In this document: positions 1 to 12,600 of the stretch, piece by piece | How positions within the stretch are numbered: position 1 is the stretch's first letter | Layout of the letters: the number at the start of each line of letters is the position of its first letter | NCBI RefSeq assembly: GCF_004010195.1 | Contig: NC_057748.1 | Location: forward strand, 331,132 to 395,131 | Length of the DNA stretch: 64,000 bases | Reading direction: 5' to 3' | Source: Chiloscyllium plagiosum | Lineage: Eukaryota | Position numbers and translations under genes: made by a program | Notes under the pieces: generated by a model | What the model was told of the DNA's origin: nothing | Databases searched by the model: none | What the model saw: the letters and a program-made list of their open reading frames with translations, nothing else

Positions 1-2730
1 GTTGGAGAGTGGGGGGAGAGTGGGGGGAGGAGGAGTGGGGGAGTGAATAGCTGCTGATGGGCACTATTCATGGCTGACAATGGGTAGTGTGTGGGGGCAG
101 CCCTTGGGATGAAAAGGCCTGGTGTGTGAGGAGTTGGGGAAAAGAAAAGGGGGAAGGTGTCTCAAGCCCTAAGATTGTTGAACTTGATATTAATCCCAGA
201 AGTCTGCAGGGTTTCCAAGTGTAAAATGAGATGCAGCTCTTTTAGCTTGCTCCGAGTTTCACTGGAGCACTGCAGCAAGCGTGAGACAGAGACGTTGGCC
301 CGGAAACAGGGTGGGCCAACTGAAGGCTCGGGGTCTTTTGTATAGGTACAGTCACTTTTACAGTCAGAACGTAGATGTTCCATCAGCATTCACCCAGTCT
401 CCACTTCATTTCCCCAGTGTGGAGAAGACCACACTGTGAGCAGTGAATGCAGTAGACAAAATTGTGTGAAGTGCAGGTAAAGTGCTGCTTCACCTGGAAG
501 ATATGTTTGGGCCCTTGGATACTGAGGAGGGAGGAGGGAGACGGGAAATGGGCAAGTGTTACACCTTTGGCAAGTGCAGGGGAAGGTATTGTACGGGGTT
601 GTGGGAGTGAAGGAAGAGTGGACCAGGACATCCCGGAGGGCTCAGTCACTGCGGAAGGTGGACAAGGGAGGGGAAGGGAATGTGTGTCTTGTGGTGGCAT
701 CTCACTGGAGGTTGCAGAAATAGCAACTAATGATTTTCTGGATGTGAATGCTGTTGGGATGTAGGTAGGAACAAGGAGAACACTATCACTGTTGTGGGAG
801 CGAAGAGAAGGGCTGAAGGCCATGGTTCGGCAGATGGGTCGGACCCAGATAAGGGTTCTGTTGACAACAGCGCTGGGGAATCCTCAGTTGAGGAAGGAGA
901 CGGACATTTCAGAGGCTGCCTGTCAAAGTTGGCATCATCAGAACATATGGGATGGAGACAGAGGAACTGGGAGAATGGAATCGTCTTTACAACCTCACAC
1001 CCTGCTTCCTGTAAAGTCCAGGTGACTGTCAGAGTCGGTGGGTTTATAGTGGCCAGTCTATTCCCAGAAATAGAGACAGATGTCGAGGAAAGGAGGAGTC
1101 AGATGGACCAGGTGAAGGTTCTAATTCCACTTCAGAAGCAGCACCAATGACATTATCAATACATCATCATCGGAACATATGCGACAGAGACGGAGGACTC
1201 GGAGAATGGAATACTGCCATAGTCTGTCTCTTTTTGTTAACTCGAATTGGCTGAAACAAGATTGGGTTAATAGGGAAAGCTACTTCTAAAGCACAAACTT
1301 TTAAAGTGTGTGTTGGCTATAACACAATTAGATCACCAACAATTTAAGTGCAGTTTGTATTGTGCAATATTTGTATAGCACAGGAACCTAACTAGCGTGT
1401 TCTGGAAGAGTCTTTACAGGAAGCCGAGTGTGAGGATGTATAGTCAAGGTAACTGTGGGAGTTGGTTTATAGTGGACTTGGTGGCCAGCCTATCCTTACA
1501 AAACAAAACAGAATTGTTGAGGTAGTGTAGGGAGGAGTCACAGATGGACCAGGTGAAGGTGAAAGCAGGGTGGAAATTAGATGCAAAATAGATAAACTTT
1601 TCCAAATCGAGAGTGAAACAGCACCAAAAATGTCATTGATATACCAGAGAAAGAGTTGTGGGTGAAGGCCGGAGTAGGACTGGAACAAGGAATGTTCCAT
1701 ATACCCAGGGAGACAGGCATAACTGGGGCTCATATAGGTACCCATGGCCATACCTTTGACCTGAAGAAAATAAGAAGAGTTAAAGGAGAAAGTGTTCAAG
1801 GTGAGGATGAGCTTGCTCAGGTAGAGGAGGGTGGTATTGGATTGGGACCGTTGAGGTATTTTTTCCAGGAAGAAGCTGAGAGCCTTGGGACCATTGTCTT
1901 GTTGTGGGAGGAGGGGGGTTTGGACATGTAAAGGGACAGCATGTTCATGGTGAAGAGGAGGCAGCTTGAGTCCACAAACTGGAAATTCTGATACTGGTGT
2001 GAAGCATCTGAAGAATCGCAGATGTAAATGAGAAGGGACTGGACAAGGGGAGTAAAAAAAATCAAATCAAGATAGGAAGAGATCAGTTCTGTCGGGCAGA
2101 AACAGGTAGAAACAATGGATCTACCTGGACAGTCTGTTTGTGGATTTTGGGAAGGAGGTGGAAGAGTGTCTGTGCGCTTTGGAAACTATGATCTTTCAGG
2201 CAAAGTAGGGGGGAGGGGGAGATTGCCACATGAAATGAGGTCAGTGAGTTTCATTGTTAAAATGGCATGGGGTCATGGTTCTGGGGGAGATAGGAGCAGG
2301 TACCTGAGAGCTGGAGCTGTAATGTAGTGGTCAGTGTGCCAGACCAAACCAGCACCACCCTTGTCAACAGGTTTCTTTATAAAGTCAGGGTTAGATCTGA
2401 AAGCATGGAGTGCAGTCAGTTCAGAGGGAGATAGGTTTGAATGAGTTGGGGGGGGGGGGGAGGCAGTGAAATTGAGGTGAACAACGTCATGTTGACAGTT
2501 CTTCATGAACAGGTCAAGTGCAGGCAAAGGCCAGAGGGAGGGCTTCGGGTGGAGGGAGAGCGCTGGAGGTGGGTGAAGGGGCCTCTGCGACAAAGAAACG
2601 ACTCTTGTCCAATGGAATGCTCACAGGCCCGAAGGCACCAGAAGAAGAGCTCAATGTCATGTCATGGCCAAATCCATTGTGGTGGGGACACAGAGAGAGG
2701 AACTGAGACCCTTGCAGAGTACATCTCCCA
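1..2730 (-). mobile_element. Decayed Penelope-like retroelement (RT and GIY-YIG endonuclease remnants)
   Basis: Broken minus-strand frames give PLE-type peptides: SNLSPSELTALHAFRSNPDFIKKPVDKGG (pre-RT), NTFSFNSSYFLQVKGMAMGTYMSPSYACL and LFLWYINDIF (RT), FTCTSHNFVYCIHCSQCGLLHTGE (GIY-YIG). There are many frameshifts and internal duplications. Boundaries are approximate. Confidence 0.75.
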
Positions 2731-3547
2731 CATTTGGGCCCTTACCCCCCTCTCACAACAGTGATATGGTGTCCCCTGTTCTCACCTACCAGCTCACCGG
2801 CATTCACATCCAGAGGATCATTAGCTAACAATTCCGCCACCTCCAGTCAGACACCACCACCAGACACGTATTCCCCTCCCCTCCCTCCCCTGATAGCCTT
2901 TCACAGGGATTGTCCCTCCAGGATACCCTGGTCCACTCCTCCTTCCCTCCCACATCCCCACAGCCTCATGGCACCTTCCCCTGAAATCACCGGACCTGAA
3001 TATTAATGCTGATTTCTCTCCACAGATGCTGCCAGACCTGCTGAGTTTTCCAGCAACTTTGGTATTTTCTGTTTATTTGAGTTTCCTTTAGCCAAGTCCA
3101 CATGATTCAGACATCACTGAGAACCGTAATTCTCCCAGCATAGTCCCCGCAGACACCACAGTTTACCTTCTCAATGTCAAACCATCAATTGTCACTGCTC
3201 ATTTCTTGACCAACTTCATTATGCAGTTGCCAGGAGTCATGTACATCATGTCCACGAAACATCCTTCAAAACATTCTCCAATGTTTTAAAGACACACTAT
3301 TTTATAAATCCGCACTGTGTAAAACTCCCAGAGTATGAACTTTGCTTTGTTAAATAGTGTCTGGAAACGTCTGAAAAGCTGATATTGGAGTGAGCGAGCT
3401 CTGTATTCACCTGCTTTATGTACTGACAACTCTCCAAACACAAACACAATTTCCATCTGAAAGAAAAGTGGAATGATTGTATTCTGTTCCTCAGCTTGTT
3501 CCTCCCAGCCTTTGAAATGTTAGAACTGATGAGAATGAATTACTTAC

Positions 3548-3662
3548 ATAACATACAGCTACTATCTCTTCCCGAAGAGTCACATTCTCTGGCACCATGG
3601 GCGTCTTCTCTGGATTGACTCCATTATCAAACACAGTGAACTTAGTCCCAAGGACATTGGAT
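3548..3662 (-). CDS. TULP2: TULP exon, tubby domain ([19 protein letters not shown]...EEIVAVCY)
   Basis: Boundaries are attggcag|A TCC ... TAT|gtaag. The peptide is a classic tubby-domain segment. 115 nt, phase 2-0. Confidence 0.93.
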
Positions 3663-6600
3663 CTGCCAATGAGCAACAGGAGAATGTTTGGATTATAGCG
3701 AGACTCTGCTCTGTTTGGGAATAGACTGCAATCTGAGAGAGTTAAGGAGGTACCTTCCAGCAGTTGTGGTAGGTACATTGTAACATACGATGAGGAAATA
3801 CTTTAATCTGATAATCATCAAATAAGAAAGGTATATTATCTGAATGCTGAGCGGTTTCACGCCTCTGAGATACAGAGGGACCTTGGTGTCATGGTAAATA
3901 AATCCCAAATCATTCATGTGTAGGTGCAGGAAGTAACCAGAGAATCTAAATGAATGTTGTGTATTATAGTAGGGGGAGTTAGACACAACATTAGGGAGAC
4001 AATTTATATAGGGTACTGTTGTGACCTCATCTGGAGTATTGTATACTGTACTGGTCGCCGTACTTACAGAAGGATGTTAATGCATGGGAAGCAGTTTGGA
4101 GAAAGTCTACCAGATTAATTCAGATCCCAGGAATAGGTTTCAGTCTGTGGGTATAGACTACAGACCCCAGGGATAGGCTACAGTCTGGGAAAGCCACAGT
4201 GGAGAAGGCAGTGGGGATTAAGAGTTCCTAGAGTGAGTTCAGGAATATTTTCTGCAGCAGGCTATATCCGTCCAATGAGAAAGGAGGCTCTGCCAGACCC
4301 TGCTTCCACAGGATAAACCATAGCTGAACCATGGACTACCGTCAAAGAGTAGAGGGCTCAGGAACAGTTGAGGTATATTCCCTCAAAATGGAAATGTAAG
4401 ACAAATAGATTCACTTCGGGGTGACAAAAGAAGCAGAAATTAAGATACCAAAGAAAATGTGCTCACAACAAATGTCAGGTCAAAAATATAGATGAAAAAC
4501 GGAAAGTTCAGAGGAGAAATTAAAAAAAAATAATAGAAGCAAAGAGGGATTATGAATGGAGGTTGGCAGCTAACACTAAGGTAAGTTCCAAAGTATTCTA
4601 TAAGCACAGAAACAGTGAAAGGGGGATAAAAAAAAGACAGGGCAGATTTGGGACCAAAGAGGGTGGACTTTCACCTGGAGGTAGGGGTGGATGGAGATGT
4701 TACATGAGAACATTGTATCTGCTTTTACTGAGGAAGGAGACACCAAAGCCAAGGGGCCAGAGGAGGATTAGAAGGATTTAAATTGATGAGGAAGATGCAT
4801 TGGGTAGCCTGCCTGTACCTAGAGTTGGTAAGGCACCAGATTGGATTAAATGTATCCAAGGAAATTGAAGGAAGCTTTTCCAGGATATGAGTGTCTCTGA
4901 CAAGGCCAGCATTGTTAACCATCCCTAATTGCCCTTGAACTGAGTAGTTTCAGAGAGGAGTCAACCTTATTGCAGTAGATCTGGAGTCACATGTAGGGTG
5001 AGATTGGGTAAGAACAGCAGATTTCTGAATTAGCAGGAGAAGGCCATTCAGCCTTCATTTCTTCTCAAACAGTCAACATGATCATCCAACTCAGTCTCTG
5101 TTCCTGCTTTCTCCTCCATTTCCTTTGATCCTTTTATCCCCGAGAAACACATCTACCTCCTTCTTGAAAATATTTAATGTTTTTGCATCAGCCACTGTCT
5201 GTGGTCCAGAATTCCACAGGGTTCCCACTCTCTGGGTGAAGACATTCCTCCTCAACTCAGTCAGAAAGAGCCAATCCCGTATCCTTTGACTGTGACCGTG
5301 GTTCTGGATTCCCTGCTCTTCAGGAACATCCTTCCTGCGTCTACCCTGTTAGAATTTTCTAGGTTCTTCTAAACTCGAGAATATCATCCTAACAATCCAG
5401 TCTCTCTCCAAATGTCGCTCCTGCCATCCCAGGAACCAGTCTGGTAAAGTCATCATACGGCCTCATTACCCAGAATATCATCGTTAGATAAGGAGGCCAA
5501 ACCTGCACACAGTATTCCAGGTGTGGTCTCACCAAGGCACTAGACAGCTGCAGCAAGACTTCCTGGCTCTTGTACTCAAATCCTGTCATGATGAAGCCAA
5601 CATACAATTTGGCTTCATCACCTGCTGCCCCTGCATGTTTACTTTCAATGACTGGTGTGTGAGGATACCCAGGTCTTGTTGCACCTCCTTCTTTCCCAAG
5701 ATGCCTCCATTCAGATGATATTTTGCCTACTTAGCTTGTCCACATCTCACTGAAGCAGCTCTGCATCTTGCTCTCAAATCACCCTCTCATCCAGCTTTGT
5801 ATCATTTGCAAAGTTGCAGATATTACATGTGGTTTCCTTATCAAAGTCATTAATAGATATTGTGAATAGCCACGGCCCAAGCAATGATCCCTGCAGTACC
5901 CCCACTAGTCACTGCCTGCCTTTTGGAAAAAGACCCATTTATTCCTACTCTGTTTTTTCTCTCTTTGCCAGCCAGTTCTCTACACATTTCAGTACATGAC
6001 CTCCAATCCCATTCACTTTAATCTTACATGGGAATCTCTTATGTGGGTCCTTATTAAAAGTATTTTGAAAATCCAAGTAGATCACATCTATTGGCTCCCC
6101 CCTTATCCACTCCACTAGTCACATCCTCAAATGATTCCAGCAGATTTGTAAAGCATGGCTTCCCCTTGTTAAATCCATGCTGATTCTTTCTGATCTTGTC
6201 ACTATCTTCCCAATTGTTCTGCTATTATATCTTTCTAATGAACTCGAGCATTTTTTTCCACTACCAATGTCAAGCTAACCGATCTACGATTGTTTTCTCT
6301 ATGCCACCTTTCTTAAATAGTGGGGTTACATTAGGCATTCTCCAATTCAGAGGAACCCTTCCACAATCTATAGAATTTGGAAGGTGATTACTCGCCCCTC
6401 TGCTATTTCTCTGGCCATTTCCTTAAGTACTTTGGAATGAAGCATAACAGGCCCTGGGGATTTATCTTCCTTAAGTACTTTGGAATGAAGCATAACAGGC
6501 CCTGGGGATTTATCTGCCTTCAATTCTGTTCGTCCTTCAATACTATTTCACTACTAATATTAACTTCTTTCAATACCTCTTTCTCATTAAACTCAGTATT

Positions 6601-9600
6601 CCCCTCTCTTTTTGGGATGTTATTTGTTTAATCCTTTACGACATTAGTGAACCAGGTGGGTTTTATAGCATTAACAATCATTTCCTGGTCACAGTTACTG
6701 TTTCAATTCCAGGTTTATTCTTGAGATTAAATTTCACCAGTTGCTGAGGAGGGGATTAAACCCCTGTCCCTTGTGCATTAGACTTGACTCTGGATTACCT
6801 GCCCGTTGCAGGAAGGGAGTGGAGACATTAGGTATAAACTTTCAGCCTTGGTGCCAGAGGACTCGAGAATTGGAAACATTGTGCACTTGTTCAAAATTAT
6901 CGGAGGATAAGCCAAGCAATGACAGACTAATCAGTCCAACCTTGGTGGGGGGGGAAACCTCTAGAAACAATTATTCAGGCTGACCTCGTTACAATCACTG
7001 CAAAGACCGTCAGAAATTTCCCAACTCCTGATCCCGGGGAAGTGACAACAGCTGAAGCTCACCTCAGCTTTCCAATGAAGCTCTCTCCTGTGCGGGACAG
7101 GTTTGTTGGGTCAGTCGAAATGAGATAATTCGATGTTTTGCTCTTTTTGCGTTTTCGCCCAGCCATCAAGAATACCTAAAAAAACCATCACATGATAGAT
7201 AGTTCAATGCTCAGAATTTGACCTGGGCCTGAATTAAGAATTTGAACCTTCCACCACCCCCTCTCAACACCACACACCACCCTCCCACCGATCAATCCAG
7301 AGGATATGTCCTTCCTGGATAAACCTGGGAGTATCACCCACCCTTCCCTCACTGGGTGACTCAGCAACTCACCCAGAGGCATCAGAGAACACAAACCCAA
7401 GTCTGATCCCTGTTCTAGGTGGAGGTGGCTGTGATGGAGCAGGATGTTAGACACCTCCTCTCTCTGGGAAAGATCCACTCACCCCCACCCCTACTCCTCT
7501 GGCCTTGATCTCCATCACCCACCACCCCTCTGGGTTCATCCGCCACACCTGTGGATTTGATGCTCACCCCCAAACTGGGCTCAATATCCCCCCACCCTCT
7601 ACCCCGGGGCCCGACACTCCCCACCTTCCCAGTTTCCCCAGTAAAAGTCACCTCACATCCTCCATTGCCTGGCAACCAATTAGCTGCCTGACTTGTGGAA
7701 GGTTTTCAGAGGCAGGCTCAAAGACAGATACAACATCAAAACAAATTTGGAAATAAAACTGGAAAACTCCCAGAATGGAGCAGATGAGTGAAACTATCAT
7801 CCCCTTTAGTCACAGGTTTGGATGATATCAGGTTTGGGGAGCCCAATCTGGTAGGGCTCACTGGGATCCTCCTGTGCAGCCCATTTGACCCCGGTCCGGT
7901 GGAGGTTATGGTGGGATCTGAAGGGGATAGCCTCCTGCTGATGATTCTGGGTGTCGAATTGAACAGGCACCTTTTTCTCATCCTCTCTCTCCATGTGCAG
8001 GTAATAGGTTGGAAACATCCCCTTGTCCATCCCCTTCTTGTCTCTGGTGATCCGACATTTTATAACCGTTCCTTGTGGAGCAGGTCTGAAAGCAAATTCC
8101 TCCAGGTTTCCCACTTTAACTGAGACACTTTCACTTCTGGGATTTTCCTGAATAAGGAGGGACAAGGTGTTATTGGCAAACATCAAACAAACAGCCTAAG
8201 ACAGGGACTAGTGGAGAAAAGTGAACAAACAGCTTCCACATAGAGCAAGCTGCAGTGAACTAGAATGCGATGGGGTTTTCCAGTCTTCAGATTATTAACC
8301 TGCATTTCTCCAGCCTTCCCCCTGGGCTCAACCCCCCACTTAACATTTCAAATCATTCACGAGAATTAATGAGAAGTGTAAAGTGTTTAGTGTGAATGTG
8401 AAAAGCCTACGTTTAGAGGAAAACAAGCAAATGTGGGCTCAGTGTAAATTCTTCTGACTCTGTAAAGAAATGGCAGAGAAACTAAACGAATATTTTGTGT
8501 CTGTCTTCGTAGAGAAAAGCACTAAAAACCTCCAAGAAATAACAGAAAACCTAAAAACCAGTGTGAACAAAAGGACTGCATGATATTAATTAATAAAAAA
8601 GCATTAGTAGAGAAATGATTGGAATTAAATGTAGTTAAACCCCTGGACCTGATGATCTACCGTCAGCAAGAGGGATCTCTGGAGATTGTATATCTGTTGC
8701 TGGTTATCTTTCTAAACTCTATAGACTCTGCAAAACAGTCAGTCTACCCACTTCAGAATAGCAGCAGGCCAGTTAGCAAGGGTATGAGGGGGAATGACTT
8801 CACTTCGAGAGGGACAGATTGTTGGAGTTCTCTGCCCAGAGGGTATGGAGCCTCAGTCACTGAGTCTGTTTAAAACTCAGATTAACAGGTTCCGACATCT
8901 CACCGATATCAAGGAGTAGCATAGGGAAACAGCGCTGAAACAGATTAACCGTGACCGCAGTAAACTGCTGTGTAGGCTCGGGAGGCTGAATGGCCTCCTC
9001 TTGGCCCTATTTTCTATATACGTAATCAAGGTCATATATTTTCTACATTCATAATCAAGTAAATGACAGGACACATGAAGAAGATGAAAACTGACTCACA
9101 GTTTTCCCTGAAGATGGGTCTGGCTGTTCACAGCCATGAATCTGTGGAGAGACACTTCCAGTTTCCTCTGTCTCTTTCCCATCCTCATCCGTCTCCTTTT
9201 CATCCTCAGTCTCATCTTCACTGAGCTTCTTTTGTGAATGAGCTGAACGGATAATTGATATTTACTGTTCTCTGATATTTCGGGACAGAGCCAACATTTC
9301 AGTCTTGGTCACCATGTTTCCAACTGGTAAAAGCTCAGGAATTCCCCCACTCACCGCACCCCCCACCCTCACCCTCACCCTCTCTAACTCTTCCACCCTC
9401 ACGCTCTCCCACCCTCCCTCACACTGTCCCTCCTCACTCTCACACCCTCCATCATCCTCACCCCTCCCTCCCCCTCCCTAATCTGCTGTAATACACTCCT
9501 GGAGATGTGCCCCTTTCACTAAGTCCCTGTCATTATCTGCTCCTGTGGTTGGGTTTGCTCTCTGAAGTTCCTGTGAGCTGGGGATTAATGAAAACTGGGA

Positions 9601-12600
9601 TTCATGTTAAAATCTCCAGGCTATGTTGGGCAGCAGGTGCTGAGTAGATATCTTGGTCAGTGTTTCCCACACTGAGCTCAGAACGTTCAAGTAAAACATG
9701 GAGCAGCTTTCAATCAATAAACAAGGGCCAAGGGCCAACTGTTGTGTGAAACTGAGATCATCCCCACTCCAGGGTCTGGTTCAGCTCTGGGTCAGGACAG
9801 GAGTGTGCGCTCACACTCTGTACCAAGGAGGGGAGGGGGTGGGGATTGAGGGTCTGTTTCTGGGGGTGGGGAAGTACTGTTTAGGATCTGTGTCAGGGGA
9901 AGGGGGGCGGGTTTGGGTGGTATCAGTTGTCCTTTTTGAAGAACAATTTCAGATCAGGGAACAGTCTTCTCCAAGTCTGATTGCAAAATGTAGGGATATC
10001 TTGCTATAACGGTCCAGGCCCTTGGTGAGACCATACCTGGGGAACTGTGTGCAGTTTTGGATGTAGGTTTGCTCGCTGAGCTGGAAGGTTCATTTCCAGA
10101 CGTTTTGTGTCGGCTTGTTGAAATAATGTTCTGATGCAGCTTCGTTTGTGGGTGTTGGGATGATTGCTTCTGTAGTTCAATATTTGGTCTGTATGTGTTG
10201 TTTTCCTGTAGATGCTGGTTTGGAGTTCCCCATTGGCTGTTCCTAGACGCATGACATTCCAACTGGAAGTCTATCAACAAACACATCTACCACCCCCTGA
10301 GAAAAGGAACAGGAAGTGACTTCACCACAGGAAATGACACCACCAACCCAAAGAAACCCAAACATATAAATAGAAAGCAGGAATTATCAGCAGTGCTTCA
10401 CCTGAGGCCCACTGAAGATGTTACCTAGTAGGGTGACAAAATGTCTGGAAGTGAACCTTCCAGCTCAGCGAGCAAACCTACATCCAGAACCTCAACCTGA
10501 GCTACAAATCTTCTCAAAACTCGCTAACTATGTGCAGTTATAATCTCTTCATCTGAGGAAGGATGTTCTGGTGATGGAGGGAGTGCAGCAAAGGTCCACC
10601 AGACAGAGCTCTAGGATGAGAGGAATGATGTACAGAGAAATACTGGATCAGTTAGGACAGTATTTACTGAACTTAATAAATCCATCCAGGGAGCAGGTTC
10701 AGGGCTTGGAGAGTGGTGGGGTGGGGATGAAAGGAGAGGTCGGGGGTGAAAGATTGAGTCAGGGGGTGGAGGGTGGGGTCAGGGAGATCAGGAGAGGGGA
10801 ACGTCACCATTACGCACATGCAGCATCCCTCGCACCTTTCATCTTGGTTCCTCTGTTCCGCTTCGCTGAGACTGTCAGGGCAGTGAGCTCCTCCTCCTGG
10901 TCTTCACTCGATTCCTCCACCGTAAAAATCTCAACCCTCTCCTCAATCTCCTGCAGCTCTTCCTGGACAGTGCAGTCATTGACTCCTGCAGAGAGACACA
11001 GTGCTGTGAAGGTCAACTCTGCAGGCCAGCCACACAAACACACACCCGTGTTCCCTTCCTCCCAATCGGATTCAGTCCTGACCTCCCAATGGGGTCACCA
11101 GCAGAAACAGTCAGTCTCAAAAATAACTGACCACGAGGTCACAACCAACACCAGGGTAAGCTGACTGGGTTCACACTATCTCCTCCAGGACCATTTCAAT
11201 CCAGTTCTTCCTCCTTTTTACCTTTGTCTTCCCCCGGTCCCTGCTGTGTGAGTGATCCCACTCTGTTACTGAGATAAAGGGAGCCACCTGACTGTGTGGT
11301 CCCAGAGAAATCAGACAGGGCCCTGCTTCTGATCTCAAGACATGAGCTTTACCCAGGGACACCGAGTCTGGATAAACAGTGGAAAGCAGGAACACACACC
11401 ACCACCAAAAATGTCACACACAGAGAATGGTTTCCAGTGAGAGTCAGTGCGTGTGTGGGACCTGTGCCCCAGGGAGAGAGAGGGGGAGACGGAGAGGGAG
11501 GAGGAGGGGGATGGGAGGGAGAGGGGAGGAGGGGTGGGGNNNNNNNNNNNNNNNNNNNNNNNNNNNNNNNNNNNNNNNNNNNNNNNNNNNNNNNNNNNNN
11601 NNNNNNNNNNNNNNNNNNNNNNNNNNNNNNNNNNNNNNNNNNNNNNNNNNNNNNNNNNNNNNNNNNNNNNNNNNNNNNNNNNNNNNNNNNNNNNNNNNNN
11701 NNNNNNNNNNNNNNNNNNNNNNNNNNNNNNNNNNNNNNNNNNNNNNNNNNNNNNNNNNNNNNNNNNNNNNNNNNNNNNNNNNNNNNNNNNNNNNNNNNNN
11801 NNNNNNNNNNNNNNNNNNNNNNNNNNNNNNNNNNNNNNNNNNNNNNNNNNNNNNNNNNNNNNNNNNNNNNNNNNNNNNNNNNNNNNNNNNNNNNNNNNNN
11901 NNNNNNNNNNNNNNNNNNNNNNNNNNNNNNNNNNNNNNNNNNNNNNNNNNNNNNNNNNNNNNNNNNNNNNNNNNNNNNNNNNNNNNNNNNNNNNNNNNNN
12001 NNNNNNNNNNNNNNNNNNNNNNNNNNNNNNNNNNNNNNNNNNNNAGGAAGCCTGTTCCTTGGTGATTTGGGAAGTTGTGGTGATCAGGAGGGAAGTGTGG
12101 GGAGTGTACTGCTGTTTGAGTTGGGTACGGGGTGAGGAACATTTGCTCCCAGTCACTGACCTGTCCTTTTTGGTTTCTTCTTCTTCTTCACCATCCGGGA
12201 GATAACAGGCGATGAAGAGTTTGTGCCAGAGTTAGAGTCCGGAATCGGAGTTTCTGTCACTGGGAATGCTGAGATAGCAGGAAAAAATACAATTTAATAT
12301 TGGGACCAAGCGGAACCAAAGCAAAAGCCTATGAAGATTGAAACCACAAACTGCTGGGAAAATGCTGGGAATGTTCAGCAGGTGGAAAGAGAAACAGATT
12401 TAATGTTTAATAAAAAGAAACATTCAGGATGTAACAGGCTTAAAGAGGCAGAAAGATGCAGGTAGAGGAGGCAGAAGCAAAGAGGAAGTGTGCAAGATTC
12501 CACACCAGAAATCAGGATAGTGAAGGATGGAACTGGAGCCAATCTTTACAGAAAGGTATCAGCAATTATTTACAGAGAAACACTCCCTAACCCACCCACC

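Noticed and set aside
10571-11164. 197-aa plus-strand ORF
   Set aside because: It is a CR1 remnant plus the antisense of a TULP exon, with no independent support.
11296-12205. Long ORFs crossing N-runs (also 14541-15626, 25076-26455, 29759-30514, 45548-46215)
   Set aside because: Their length comes from assembly gaps.
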